Source of the DNA: an uncultured bacterium
GTDB taxonomy: Bacteria > Hydrothermota > Hydrothermia > B15-G9 > WFZT01
Direction of reading: 5' to 3'
Length of the DNA: 64,000 nucleotides
NCBI GenBank assembly: GCA_964398355.1
Contig: CAYNMM010000082.1
Coordinates: 711 to 64,710 of the forward strand
Shown here: one piece after another, positions 21,729 to 30,221 of the stretch
Numbering within the stretch: position 1 is the stretch's first letter
How the letters are laid out: each line of letters opens with the position of its first letter
Program-made: the position numbers and the translations under genes
The notes under the pieces: model-generated
Told to the model about the DNA's origin: nothing
Database searches by the model: none
The model's input: the letters and a program-made list of their open reading frames with translations, nothing else

Positions 21729-22139
21729 ATGAAAATCGAACGGAAAAGAGAAATGAAAGTTAATATTCCCACTGCTTCAATGTCAGATATTGCTTTCCTG
21801 CTCCTTATCTTCTTTATGGTAACGACTGTCTTTAGAAAGGAAATCGGCCTAAAAGTTATCCTGCCAACCGCTAAAACGACCGAGCGCTTGATTAAGCAAA
21901 GGGACCTTGCTCATATCTATATTGATAAGGATGGTAGAATATCTGTCGATGATAAGATTGTTACACCAGAACAGGTGAAAGTAGCGTTTAAGATTAAACT
22001 TGCTGAGAACCCCTCAACGATTGCTTATATAAAAGCTGATAAAAGGGTCGAGTATAAATATGTAAATGAGGTAATGGACGCCCTACGAGATGCTCAGGCT
22101 TTCAGAGTGGTATTTGCTACCCTTTATCCCAAGAAATAA
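21729..22139 (+). CDS. exbD: ExbD/TolR biopolymer transport protein (second copy)
   Basis: A paralogue of the preceding gene (IPTASMSDIAFLLLIFFMVTTVF); 136 aa. Confidence 0.85.
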   Translation: MKIERKREMKVNIPTASMSDIAFLLLIFFMVTTVFRKEIGLKVILPTAKTTERLIKQRDLAHIYIDKDGRISVDDKIVTPEQVKVAFKIKLAENPSTIAYIKADKRVEYKYVNEVMDALRDAQAFRVVFATLYPKK

Positions 22140-22144
22140 ATAGG

Positions 22145-22172
22145 TTGACAATTAAGTTTGACGGAATATATA
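22145..22172 (+). promoter_or_regulatory. Sigma-70-type promoter upstream of tonB (TTGACA-N16-TATATA)
   Basis: TTGACAAT at 22145-22152, then TATATA at 22167-22172, about 30 nt upstream of the tonB ATG. Confidence 0.5.
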
Positions 22173-22202
22173 TACATTAACGAATCCATGTGAGGTGATT
22201 CT

Positions 22203-22853
22203 ATGAGTGAGAAAGAAAAAAAGAACCTATCCCTTGAGGATGAGTATGGCACAAATGTTTTGCTATCCTTGGGGATAGCACTTGCCTTATTTATAGCAAT
22301 TTTCGCCGGGATTAAAAAAGTTGAAGTAAGCCCTTATAAGCCAAAATCTGAAGTTACAACGATAGTTGAGGAAATAAATACGCAGGTGGAAGAGTTGAAA
22401 GAACCTCCTCCACCACCTAAACCTAAATTGCCCGTTGAAATTAAGGAGTCAAATGAAGTTTCTGATGAAGAGGAGAATCAGCAGGAAGAGCAGGAAATAG
22501 ATTTTTCTCCAACAACTACATTTAATGAGCTTGAGGCACCACCTCCGCCAAAAGTGGAGAAGACGTATGAGTTTTTCGCTGTCGAAGTTAAGCCAAAGGT
22601 AGTGAAACAGGTTGAACCTCAGTATCCTGATCTTGCGAGGAAAGCCGGGATTGAAGGTAGAGTATTTGTTAAGGTACTTGTAAACGAACAGGGGAGAGTA
22701 GATTCAGTTGTAGTTCTTAAAGCCACAAATCCAATTTTTATTAAACCAGCAATTGCGGCAGCTAAACAATTTGTTTTCACTCCTGGCAGGCAGAGGGATA
22801 AACCCGTAAAGGTCTGGGTGGCAATACCTTTTATCTTTAAACTTGAACAGTGA
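22203..22853 (+). CDS. tonB: Energy transducer TonB
   Basis: N-terminal transmembrane anchor, a Pro-rich spacer (EPPPPPKPKLP...APPPPK) and a C-terminal TonB domain (VEPQYPDLARKAGIEGRVFVKVLVNEQGRV); 216 aa. Confidence 0.85.
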   Translation: MSEKEKKNLSLEDEYGTNVLLSLGIALALFIAIFAGIKKVEVSPYKPKSEVTTIVEEINTQVEELKEPPPPPKPKLPVEIKESNEVSDEEENQQEEQEIDFSPTTTFNELEAPPPPKVEKTYEFFAVEVKPKVVKQVEPQYPDLARKAGIEGRVFVKVLVNEQGRVDSVVVLKATNPIFIKPAIAAAKQFVFTPGRQRDKPVKVWVAIPFIFKLEQ

Positions 22854-22877
22854 TGAGAAAAATAGGAGGTATGTAAT

Positions 22878-25800
22878 ATGCCCGTTAAAAAGTTAGTGGG
22901 AGTAATCTTGGCGTTAGGTGTGTTGTTTCAGCTTAATGCTGGAACAACGGGAAAAATAATGGGGAGAGTAATTGACGCAAAAACGAAGGAGCCCCTCCCC
23001 GCTGCAAATGTAATGATTGAAGGTACTAATATGGGAGCAGCTACAGATGTAGATGGTTACTATGTAATTCTAAATGTTCCCCCTGGTACATATACTCTTA
23101 AAGTTACATATCTGGGCTACAAAGAAAAAATCATTGAAGGTGTCCAGGTTAATATTGATAGAACAACTGAAGTTAATATTGAAATGGAGCCTGCTGTCTT
23201 GAAAACCAAAGAGGTGGTTGTTAAAGCTAAGAGACCGATAATTAAGAAAGACGTTACAGCAAGTGTAAATATTATCAGTAGTAAAGACATTAGCAATATT
23301 CCAGCTGTTAATAACGTTCAGCAAGTTGTAGCTCAGCAGGCAGGTGTTATTCTGGGTAGAGGAGGAGATTTACATATTAGAGGTGGTAGACAGGATGAGG
23401 TCGTATATATCATCGATGGTGTTGTAGTTAGGGATCCTTATGGAGGAGCAACTTTTGGGGCAGTTCCATTGCTATCACTTGAAGAGACTGAAATTAGTAA
23501 AGGTGGATTTGATGTTGATCAGGGATCAGCAGCGTCCGGTGCCATTTCAATTGTTACAAAAGAGGGACGTGATAAATATGCGATTAATCTGGCTTTAACA
23601 ACACATGACTTTTCATTCCTCGGAGATAAGGGATATGCATTTTTTGATAGAAATATTGGAGATCCCTATCTGGATTTTCTAACAGGAAAGAATCTTGATC
23701 TCACTTCCCTGGAAAATAGACATAGAGATCAGATGAAAAGGCTGGAATTCTCGTTCAGTGGGCCTTTTATCCCTTCTTATAGAAAAGGTCCCAAATTTTT
23801 CGTCTCAGGAGATATAACTTACGATAAAGGAAGATTCCCTGTATCCAATGACCCAGATTGGTATAATAAGAGTTATACTTATCAGTGGAAGTTTACGTTC
23901 CCTTATAAATCCATAAAGCTTTTCTATAGCGGTTTTCGTAGAACGAGACATGATGGTGGAGGGTATAGCGCAACATGGAGGTTGGCTCTTGATCACCAGA
24001 CATATTATGATGAGGAGCTAATGCAACATGTATTTGGAATTAATTATTTGATCACGCAGAGATCCTATCTGGAAGTTAGAGTGGGATTGTTCAAGGATTA
24101 TTTCTTGTATAATGATAAAGAGGATGTTGATGGCGATGGTGTAGATGACTTTGCTGATCGTGATAAAGATGGATTCATAGAGATTGATAAAAGTTATTTT
24201 GTAGATTCTCTTGGTAATTTTAGACGGGACATTCTTGATTCTCTATATCCTGGCTGGGAAGATCACGGGTCTTATGTTGAAGTTCCATATTATTGGTGGG
24301 AATCCAGAGTTGAGCAATTGTATCCTTCATTTGGTACCGGTCCTTCATGGTGGTCCAATGATTCGACAGGTCGCTATGCCCCTTATAACCACTTTGGTTG
24401 GGGGACAAGAGTACGTGTAGATATTTATGTTTTAGCTCTTGATAATGGTGACACAATTGCAATGATTAACAATAACTATTACACATTTCCGCTCAATGAT
24501 TTACCAAATCTAACACCTTATGTCCCACCTGATCCGACATGGACTACTGATTCAATTTCTGCTCATGTAGTTGATACAGTCCTTTTTGTCGGAAACCAGT
24601 ATATGCCGTTCAATTACGTATGGGATAGAAGTCAGTGGTATGAGGGTGAGAGTAAGTCTTTCAGTGTGAATGTAAGGTATACAAATCAGATCACAAGGCA
24701 TCACGAAATCCTGGCTGGCGTTGAATACAAGAGGAATGATATCGTTAGAGTAGGTGCTGATTACGCCAGTGGGGGGAATGTTTATTTAACACTCACAAAT
24801 CCATGGTACACAATAAGGAATAGATTTCCTCAGGATACGGCATACAATTTCTTGAAATGGTATAGAGATCACAAGATTTATCCTTGGACTTTCGCTGCCT
24901 ACTTGAGAGATAAGATAGAGATCGAAGGGATGGTTGCAAAGGTGGGGTTTAGATTTGATTACTTTAATCCGGATGGCTGGGTTATAAGCGATACTGCTAA
25001 TCCTTTTATGAGTGATCCTGAATGGGGTAATTTAGGGATTAAAATGATGAGAGATCCTAAGAAGGCATCTCCTAAATGGTATATTAGTCCAAGGATCGGT
25101 GTGTCCCATCCAATATCTGATAGAGATCTCTTACATTTCACTTATGGCCATTATTTCCAGATCCCCACGTTTAATACTATGATTAGAGATTTTGCATTTT
25201 CCGGTGCTTTCCCAATAATTGGAAATTCTGATATCGATCCAGAGAAAATAGTCTCTTATGAATTCGGTGTTAAGCACGCTTTCACTGACAATTTCGCTAT
25301 TGATGTGACAGCATACTACAAAGATATCCGTGACTGGGTTAGAATAAAACAGTTTAGTTATGGAATATCAGCAAACTACTCAACTTATGTAAATGAAGAT
25401 TACGGTTCATCCAGAGGAATAGAATTACAGATTTTGAAGAGACCTGGTGGTCGTTATCTCCCTAACATAGGAGTAAATATTAATTACACCTTCCAGGTTG
25501 CTCGTGGAAGTTTCTCAAGTCCCAGAAACGCTTATGACTGGATGTGGAGAGGCTATCCTTTACCCACACATGAATCACCACTTGATTGGGATGAAAGACA
25601 CCATGTAACAGCTACTGTAATGTATCTGGTAGGTAATAATGGCATACTGGGTGGGAGACTGAGGAACTTTGGTGTAATACTTCATTATCTATATGGAAGT
25701 GGATTCCCGTATACACCACCAATCAGGACAGAAAGGGATGCAGTGGAAAAGATAAATTCTGAGAGACTGCCAGCATATTCACGCACTGATTTAAGAATAT

Positions 25801-26006
25801 ACAAAGATTTTGGATTCAAGCTTCTTAAGGGGAAGATATATATTGATATAACAAATCTATTTAATAAAAAAGAACTCAGGACGTTCAATGATGTTAATAC
25901 ATATTATGTGCTTCATGAACCTGAAGGTGAGGTGAAAAATCCAACAGTGTGGTATCCGAGAAGGCAGACGACCCTTGGAATTCAATTTAGTATTAAAGGG
26001 TTTTAA
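22878..26006 (+). CDS. TonB-dependent outer-membrane receptor with an N-terminal carboxypeptidase-regulatory-like domain (SusC/RagA-like architecture)
   Basis: Signal peptide, then a CarbopepD_reg-like domain (GKIMGRVIDAKTKEPLPAANVMIEGTNMGAATDVDGYYVILNVPPGTYTL). A plug domain follows, then a long beta-barrel ending in an aromatic residue (…SIKGF); 1042 aa. Confidence 0.85.
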   Translation: MPVKKLVGVILALGVLFQLNAGTTGKIMGRVIDAKTKEPLPAANVMIEGTNMGAATDVDGYYVILNVPPGTYTLKVTYLGYKEKIIEGVQVNIDRTTEVNIEMEPAVLKTKEVVVKAKRPIIKKDVTASVNIISSKDISNIPAVNNVQQVVAQQAGVILGRGGDLHIRGGRQDEVVYIIDGVVVRDPYGGATFGAVPLLSLEETEISKGGFDVDQGSAASGAISIVTKEGRDKYAINLALTTHDFSFLGDKGYAFFDRNIGDPYLDFLTGKNLDLTSLENRHRDQMKRLEFSFSGPFIPSYRKGPKFFVSGDITYDKGRFPVSNDPDWYNKSYTYQWKFTFPYKSIKLFYSGFRRTRHDGGGYSATWRLALDHQTYYDEELMQHVFGINYLITQRSYLEVRVGLFKDYFLYNDKEDVDGDGVDDFADRDKDGFIEIDKSYFVDSLGNFRRDILDSLYPGWEDHGSYVEVPYYWWESRVEQLYPSFGTGPSWWSNDSTGRYAPYNHFGWGTRVRVDIYVLALDNGDTIAMINNNYYTFPLNDLPNLTPYVPPDPTWTTDSISAHVVDTVLFVGNQYMPFNYVWDRSQWYEGESKSFSVNVRYTNQITRHHEILAGVEYKRNDIVRVGADYASGGNVYLTLTNPWYTIRNRFPQDTAYNFLKWYRDHKIYPWTFAAYLRDKIEIEGMVAKVGFRFDYFNPDGWVISDTANPFMSDPEWGNLGIKMMRDPKKASPKWYISPRIGVSHPISDRDLLHFTYGHYFQIPTFNTMIRDFAFSGAFPIIGNSDIDPEKIVSYEFGVKHAFTDNFAIDVTAYYKDIRDWVRIKQFSYGISANYSTYVNEDYGSSRGIELQILKRPGGRYLPNIGVNINYTFQVARGSFSSPRNAYDWMWRGYPLPTHESPLDWDERHHVTATVMYLVGNNGILGGRLRNFGVILHYLYGSGFPYTPPIRTERDAVEKINSERLPAYSRTDLRIYKDFGFKLLKGKIYIDITNLFNKKELRTFNDVNTYYVLHEPEGEVKNPTVWYPRRQTTLGIQFSIKGF

Positions 26007-26020
26007 TGGAGGTTTTTGAC

Positions 26021-28075
26021 ATGAGGAAATTATTCATTATAGGGATATTTTTGGTGGGGATTTCTTTTGCGAGAGACAAAGGAATATCTCAGTATCAAAT
26101 TAAAGGCACGAGACCTTCAGATAAGATAATCAATCAAACGGTTGGACAGGTGTGGAATTACTTATCAAATTATGGGTCTCTTGGGGGTCAGGCGGGAGCA
26201 GATTATTATGGATTAAGCTGGCCTGGTGGTGCAGCTGTAAATAATTACTATCTATGGAACAGTTATTTTACAGTTGGGGCAAAGGTAGAAGGTACTCCTT
26301 ACATTTCCTACTATAATTATTATTTCTCGAACTGGAGCCCCTCGGATAATCCACCTATCTACGCCGGTCCAGGTAAATCTCCCTTTGATGTAGTTATGGC
26401 CTTTGATGACTTCAAAGACAGTCCGAGGCAGAGTCCGGGTAATCATCTTGGTGTTAAAGTGATTATTAGAAGTATGCAATGGCCGCAACCCCCCTATAAT
26501 AATTTTGTGGCTTATGAATTCTATATAACCTATGATGCTTCACAGTGTGATATTCCAGGCCATACGGATGTTCTACATGATGTCTTTATCGGGATGTGGT
26601 ATGACTGTGATGTTTCGGGAGCCGATCCAACAGAGCCACATATTGATGACCTTGTGTGTTTTGATGGGTGGACAAATGGAGAATGGGCAGATCTTGCGAA
26701 TTTCCCATCTCCTTCTGACCATCTGACAATCCTCCCGGATTCTGTAATCGACCAGCCAGATGGAGTTCCTGATCAATATATAATCTGGGGAGATGAACCT
26801 GGAGAGCTTGTTCTTGATTCTTCTCTTGCGGTTCCTTATGTAAGAAATGATACAACGTATATGGTTTACATTTTCCCACGCGGAGCATCATATATTTATG
26901 ACGGGGATAACCCTGCAGATCCTGGTGATGATACAGGAGAACACGGTATGTCTGCGGGTTATGTAGGTGGCATGTGGATTTATACTCCTCCATCTCCATC
27001 AGACTCTGTAATAGGTGATGCAAGGTTTGTTAGACCTTGGGCACATCAATGGTGGAACTGGAGTAGTGACCCTGCGACTCCAACAGATATTTATAATTAT
27101 TTAAGAGGGCATCATTCTGCAACAAAGTTTTACAGATATGCCCCTCATCCGTTTGATCTTGGAGCAGGCCCTTTCGATTACAGATTCCTGAACAGTGTGG
27201 GTCCATTCAACATAAGGAGTGGCGATACGCTCAAATTCGTATGGGTTGCTGGTGTAGGTCAGGGTTTAAGCGGAGGTTATGATTCATACTGGGGTAGAGG
27301 GTGGCTTCCTGGTTTGAGACAGGTTCTTGATGATGCTCTAAAAGCTTATTATGCAGGCTCAACTCATTCTGATCCGGCACATCCCTCAGCACCAGATGAA
27401 GATCAGCACTGGAGAATTCCGGTTCCTCCACCATCACCGCTCCTTGTATACTCTGTAACTTCTGATGGTATAAGACTGGTATGGGATGATCTCCCTGAGA
27501 GGACACCTGATCCATTGAAGGGTTATCCGGATATGGTTGGATATATTGTATATAGAGCTGTATATCAGCCGATAAACTGGACTGTCCTTGACACCATTAA
27601 AAGAAATCCAGACGGCACATTCACTCACACATATCTTGATACAACGGCTATTCCTGGATTTCAGTACTATTATGTGGTCACAGCTTATGATGAAGATAGT
27701 CTCGAATCTTCCAAGAATAATTATATGAAGGACGAGAATGGGAATCCGATGTATGTTACCATGAAATCCAAGATTGGTCGAAGCGTCGATGATGTGACGG
27801 TTGTACCTAATCCATATAAGGGCTCTGCCCCGTGGACAGCGACTGAGATAGCAGATAAGGTTGAATTTATTAATCTTCCTTCGACGTGTAGAATCACTAT
27901 TTATACACTTTCAGGATACAAAGTTAAAACTCTTGAGAATAAGGAAGGTAAAGGTTCTCTTGCCTGGAACTTATTGACAGATGCTGATATTAAAGTTCAG
28001 AGTGGAATATATATTTACAAGGTTGAGACCCCGGATGGCAAATATAAATTAGGGAAATTGGTAATTTTGAAATAA
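26021..28075 (+). CDS. Hypothetical secreted protein with an FN3-like region and a C-terminal T9SS sorting domain
   Basis: The start is placed at MRKLFIIGIFLVGISFA (signal peptide), 7 nt downstream of GGAGG. The protein is rich in W/Y/P/D. The C-terminal ~80 aa match the Por secretion tail pattern (VVPNPYKG...ITIYTLSGYKV...SGIYIYKVE...KLVILK). I recognise no catalytic motif. Confidence 0.7.
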   Translation: MRKLFIIGIFLVGISFARDKGISQYQIKGTRPSDKIINQTVGQVWNYLSNYGSLGGQAGADYYGLSWPGGAAVNNYYLWNSYFTVGAKVEGTPYISYYNYYFSNWSPSDNPPIYAGPGKSPFDVVMAFDDFKDSPRQSPGNHLGVKVIIRSMQWPQPPYNNFVAYEFYITYDASQCDIPGHTDVLHDVFIGMWYDCDVSGADPTEPHIDDLVCFDGWTNGEWADLANFPSPSDHLTILPDSVIDQPDGVPDQYIIWGDEPGELVLDSSLAVPYVRNDTTYMVYIFPRGASYIYDGDNPADPGDDTGEHGMSAGYVGGMWIYTPPSPSDSVIGDARFVRPWAHQWWNWSSDPATPTDIYNYLRGHHSATKFYRYAPHPFDLGAGPFDYRFLNSVGPFNIRSGDTLKFVWVAGVGQGLSGGYDSYWGRGWLPGLRQVLDDALKAYYAGSTHSDPAHPSAPDEDQHWRIPVPPPSPLLVYSVTSDGIRLVWDDLPERTPDPLKGYPDMVGYIVYRAVYQPINWTVLDTIKRNPDGTFTHTYLDTTAIPGFQYYYVVTAYDEDSLESSKNNYMKDENGNPMYVTMKSKIGRSVDDVTVVPNPYKGSAPWTATEIADKVEFINLPSTCRITIYTLSGYKVKTLENKEGKGSLAWNLLTDADIKVQSGIYIYKVETPDGKYKLGKLVILK

Positions 28076-28090
28076 ACAGGAGATAGTGTC

Positions 28091-29074
28091 ATGAAGAGGG
28101 TTTTAATAATTTTATCGATAGTCTTTCTGATTACATTGCCCAATGCTCTTACTGCCCAATCCAAAGTTGGTACCGCTGGAGCTAATTTTTTAGCGGTGCC
28201 TATTAATCCTGTTGCAATGGGTATGGGGGGAGCTTATGTTGCAGTTGCAGATGGTCCTTTAAGCAGTTTCTGGAATATAGCTGGAGTTGCGAATGTTAAA
28301 GATAATCTTGCCACTGGATTTGGTTATGTCAATTATGTGGCAGGAATTAACATTGGTGGTTTTGGTGTTGTTAAGAAGTTAGGATTAAGAGGTAACATTG
28401 CTTTCTTTGTCGGTGGATTAAACTCAGGTAGTATGGATAAATACAGTATTTCTCAAGATAGGGGAATTATAAATGAAGGTACGTTTACTTATTCAAGTGA
28501 ACAAATTGGTATAGGATTTGCCAGATACTTTACCGATAAGTTTGCCTCAGGTGTTGCGGTAAAATTAATCCATGAGAGTGTTAGTGGAGAAACAAGCTCA
28601 CTTGGATTTGCTGTTGATGTTGGAACCTATTTCTGGACTGGATTCAAAAGTCTACGAATCGCAATGTCTATGCAAAATATTGGTCCGGATATGAAATTTA
28701 GCGGAACCTATAAACAATACATTTACTCCGGTAATGAGGTAGTTACTGAAGATAGGGAATATAATTCGTATCCGATTCCTCTTAATTTCAGACTTGGAGC
28801 TGCTATGGAGATTATAGATCAACCAGATAAACGTTTAACAGTTTCAGTTGAGAGTAATCATCCCAGTGATTTTGATCAGACCTTTGCTGTAGGAGCAGAG
28901 TTTGCATTCAGGAATATGCTCTATTTGAGAGGAGGATATAATTTTGGATTAGACCTTGGTGGTCTTGGTCTTGGTTTTGGAATTAAATTGAAGTCAATTT
29001 CTTTTGATTACGCGTATTCTGACATGGGTGAGTGGCCTGATGTCCATAGGATCTCAATAAACTTTGTCAAATAA
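28091..29074 (+). CDS. PorV/PorQ-like outer-membrane beta-barrel protein (probable T9SS-associated)
   Basis: Signal peptide, then a conserved N-terminal segment GTAGANFLAVPINPVAMGMGGAYVAVADGPLSSFWNIAG of the kind seen in PorV/PorQ-family proteins. The rest alternates G/aromatic beta-strands; 327 aa. Confidence 0.5.
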   Translation: MKRVLIILSIVFLITLPNALTAQSKVGTAGANFLAVPINPVAMGMGGAYVAVADGPLSSFWNIAGVANVKDNLATGFGYVNYVAGINIGGFGVVKKLGLRGNIAFFVGGLNSGSMDKYSISQDRGIINEGTFTYSSEQIGIGFARYFTDKFASGVAVKLIHESVSGETSSLGFAVDVGTYFWTGFKSLRIAMSMQNIGPDMKFSGTYKQYIYSGNEVVTEDREYNSYPIPLNFRLGAAMEIIDQPDKRLTVSVESNHPSDFDQTFAVGAEFAFRNMLYLRGGYNFGLDLGGLGLGFGIKLKSISFDYAYSDMGEWPDVHRISINFVK

Positions 29075-29080
29075 AATGGA

Positions 29081-30220
29081 GTGGGAATTATGAAAAGGTT
29101 AACAGGTATAGGAATTATTTTAATTGCTTTAGCGTTTGTAGGGTGTGGCGTGAAAAATAATCCTCCTACAGGACCTTCTGTAATTGACAGAGGGGCTGAC
29201 TATTTTAATGAACAGGGTTGGCTGAAGTATAGTCAGGGGGATTATTATGCTGCAAAGGCAAATTTTGACACTGTGTTAAGCATGATTTCTCCTGAGAATA
29301 TAGATGCTTATCTCGGTATTTCAATGGCCATGAAGCAGATTGGTGAATACAGTAGAGCTCATGGTTATGTAACTATGGCTATTACAGTTGCCAACCAGGA
29401 GAGACAGGTGATAGAAAAATTGAGGAAATTCCTTGTGCAAACTGTGAGTCCTATTAACGATACACTTGCATGGATGACTTTTGATACGACAAATATCGCC
29501 TTTGTTAATAAAATGGAAATTTCAGTAACCCTTGCAAATACGAGATACCATAATCTGGATTCAGCTGCGGTTTATGATACATTATACGGTGGGCCGGCTG
29601 GCGCGAAGATTTACTTTAAGGTAATGAGTTACAGCTTTGATGGTGATTCAGTGCTTATTTCATGGGACAATGAGAAGAACTTTACTTCAAACACTACGTA
29701 TTTTTACGAACGCACAGATTTACCACCAGACAGTATGTCCGTGGACACAACTTTGTATTTACCTGATAGCATAGTAGTTGATACAACTTATTATTATCCT
29801 ATAGATACCCTTCAGCTCGTTCGTTGTTTACCCCTCCCCGGTGATACGGTTGTTGCTAATGTGGCGTATGTTATTGGGGGTAATAATGACGTAGAGAATG
29901 CTGCTCATATAGTAGATGGTGCCGTCTACTTCGCTGCCGGTGATTATCTGAATGCGATAAAATGGATGAGAGCCAGTATGTTGATGAGTGATAATTTTGC
30001 ATATAATGCTCCGTATGCGGATTCACTCCCAGGAAAACTTATAAACACAAGAAACGCCAAGATTCTATTAGCACAGTCTTTTTACAATCTCGGTATGTAT
30101 AGGGATGCAGCCTATGTGGTCAATAATCTTTATGGTCGAATCGTTGTAGATCCTGAAAACCCTGATATTCATCTTTTATTTAACAGCATTGTGGAATTGA
30201 GAAACCAGGGAGGTCTATAA
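29081..30220 (+). CDS. TPR-like lipoprotein of unknown function
   Basis: Lipobox ALAFVGCG. The N-terminus has TPR-like helices (QGWLKYSQGDYYAAKANFDTVL...AYLGISMAMKQIGEY); 379 aa. Confidence 0.55.
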   Translation: MGIMKRLTGIGIILIALAFVGCGVKNNPPTGPSVIDRGADYFNEQGWLKYSQGDYYAAKANFDTVLSMISPENIDAYLGISMAMKQIGEYSRAHGYVTMAITVANQERQVIEKLRKFLVQTVSPINDTLAWMTFDTTNIAFVNKMEISVTLANTRYHNLDSAAVYDTLYGGPAGAKIYFKVMSYSFDGDSVLISWDNEKNFTSNTTYFYERTDLPPDSMSVDTTLYLPDSIVVDTTYYYPIDTLQLVRCLPLPGDTVVANVAYVIGGNNDVENAAHIVDGAVYFAAGDYLNAIKWMRASMLMSDNFAYNAPYADSLPGKLINTRNAKILLAQSFYNLGMYRDAAYVVNNLYGRIVVDPENPDIHLLFNSIVELRNQGGL

Positions 30221-30221
30221 A

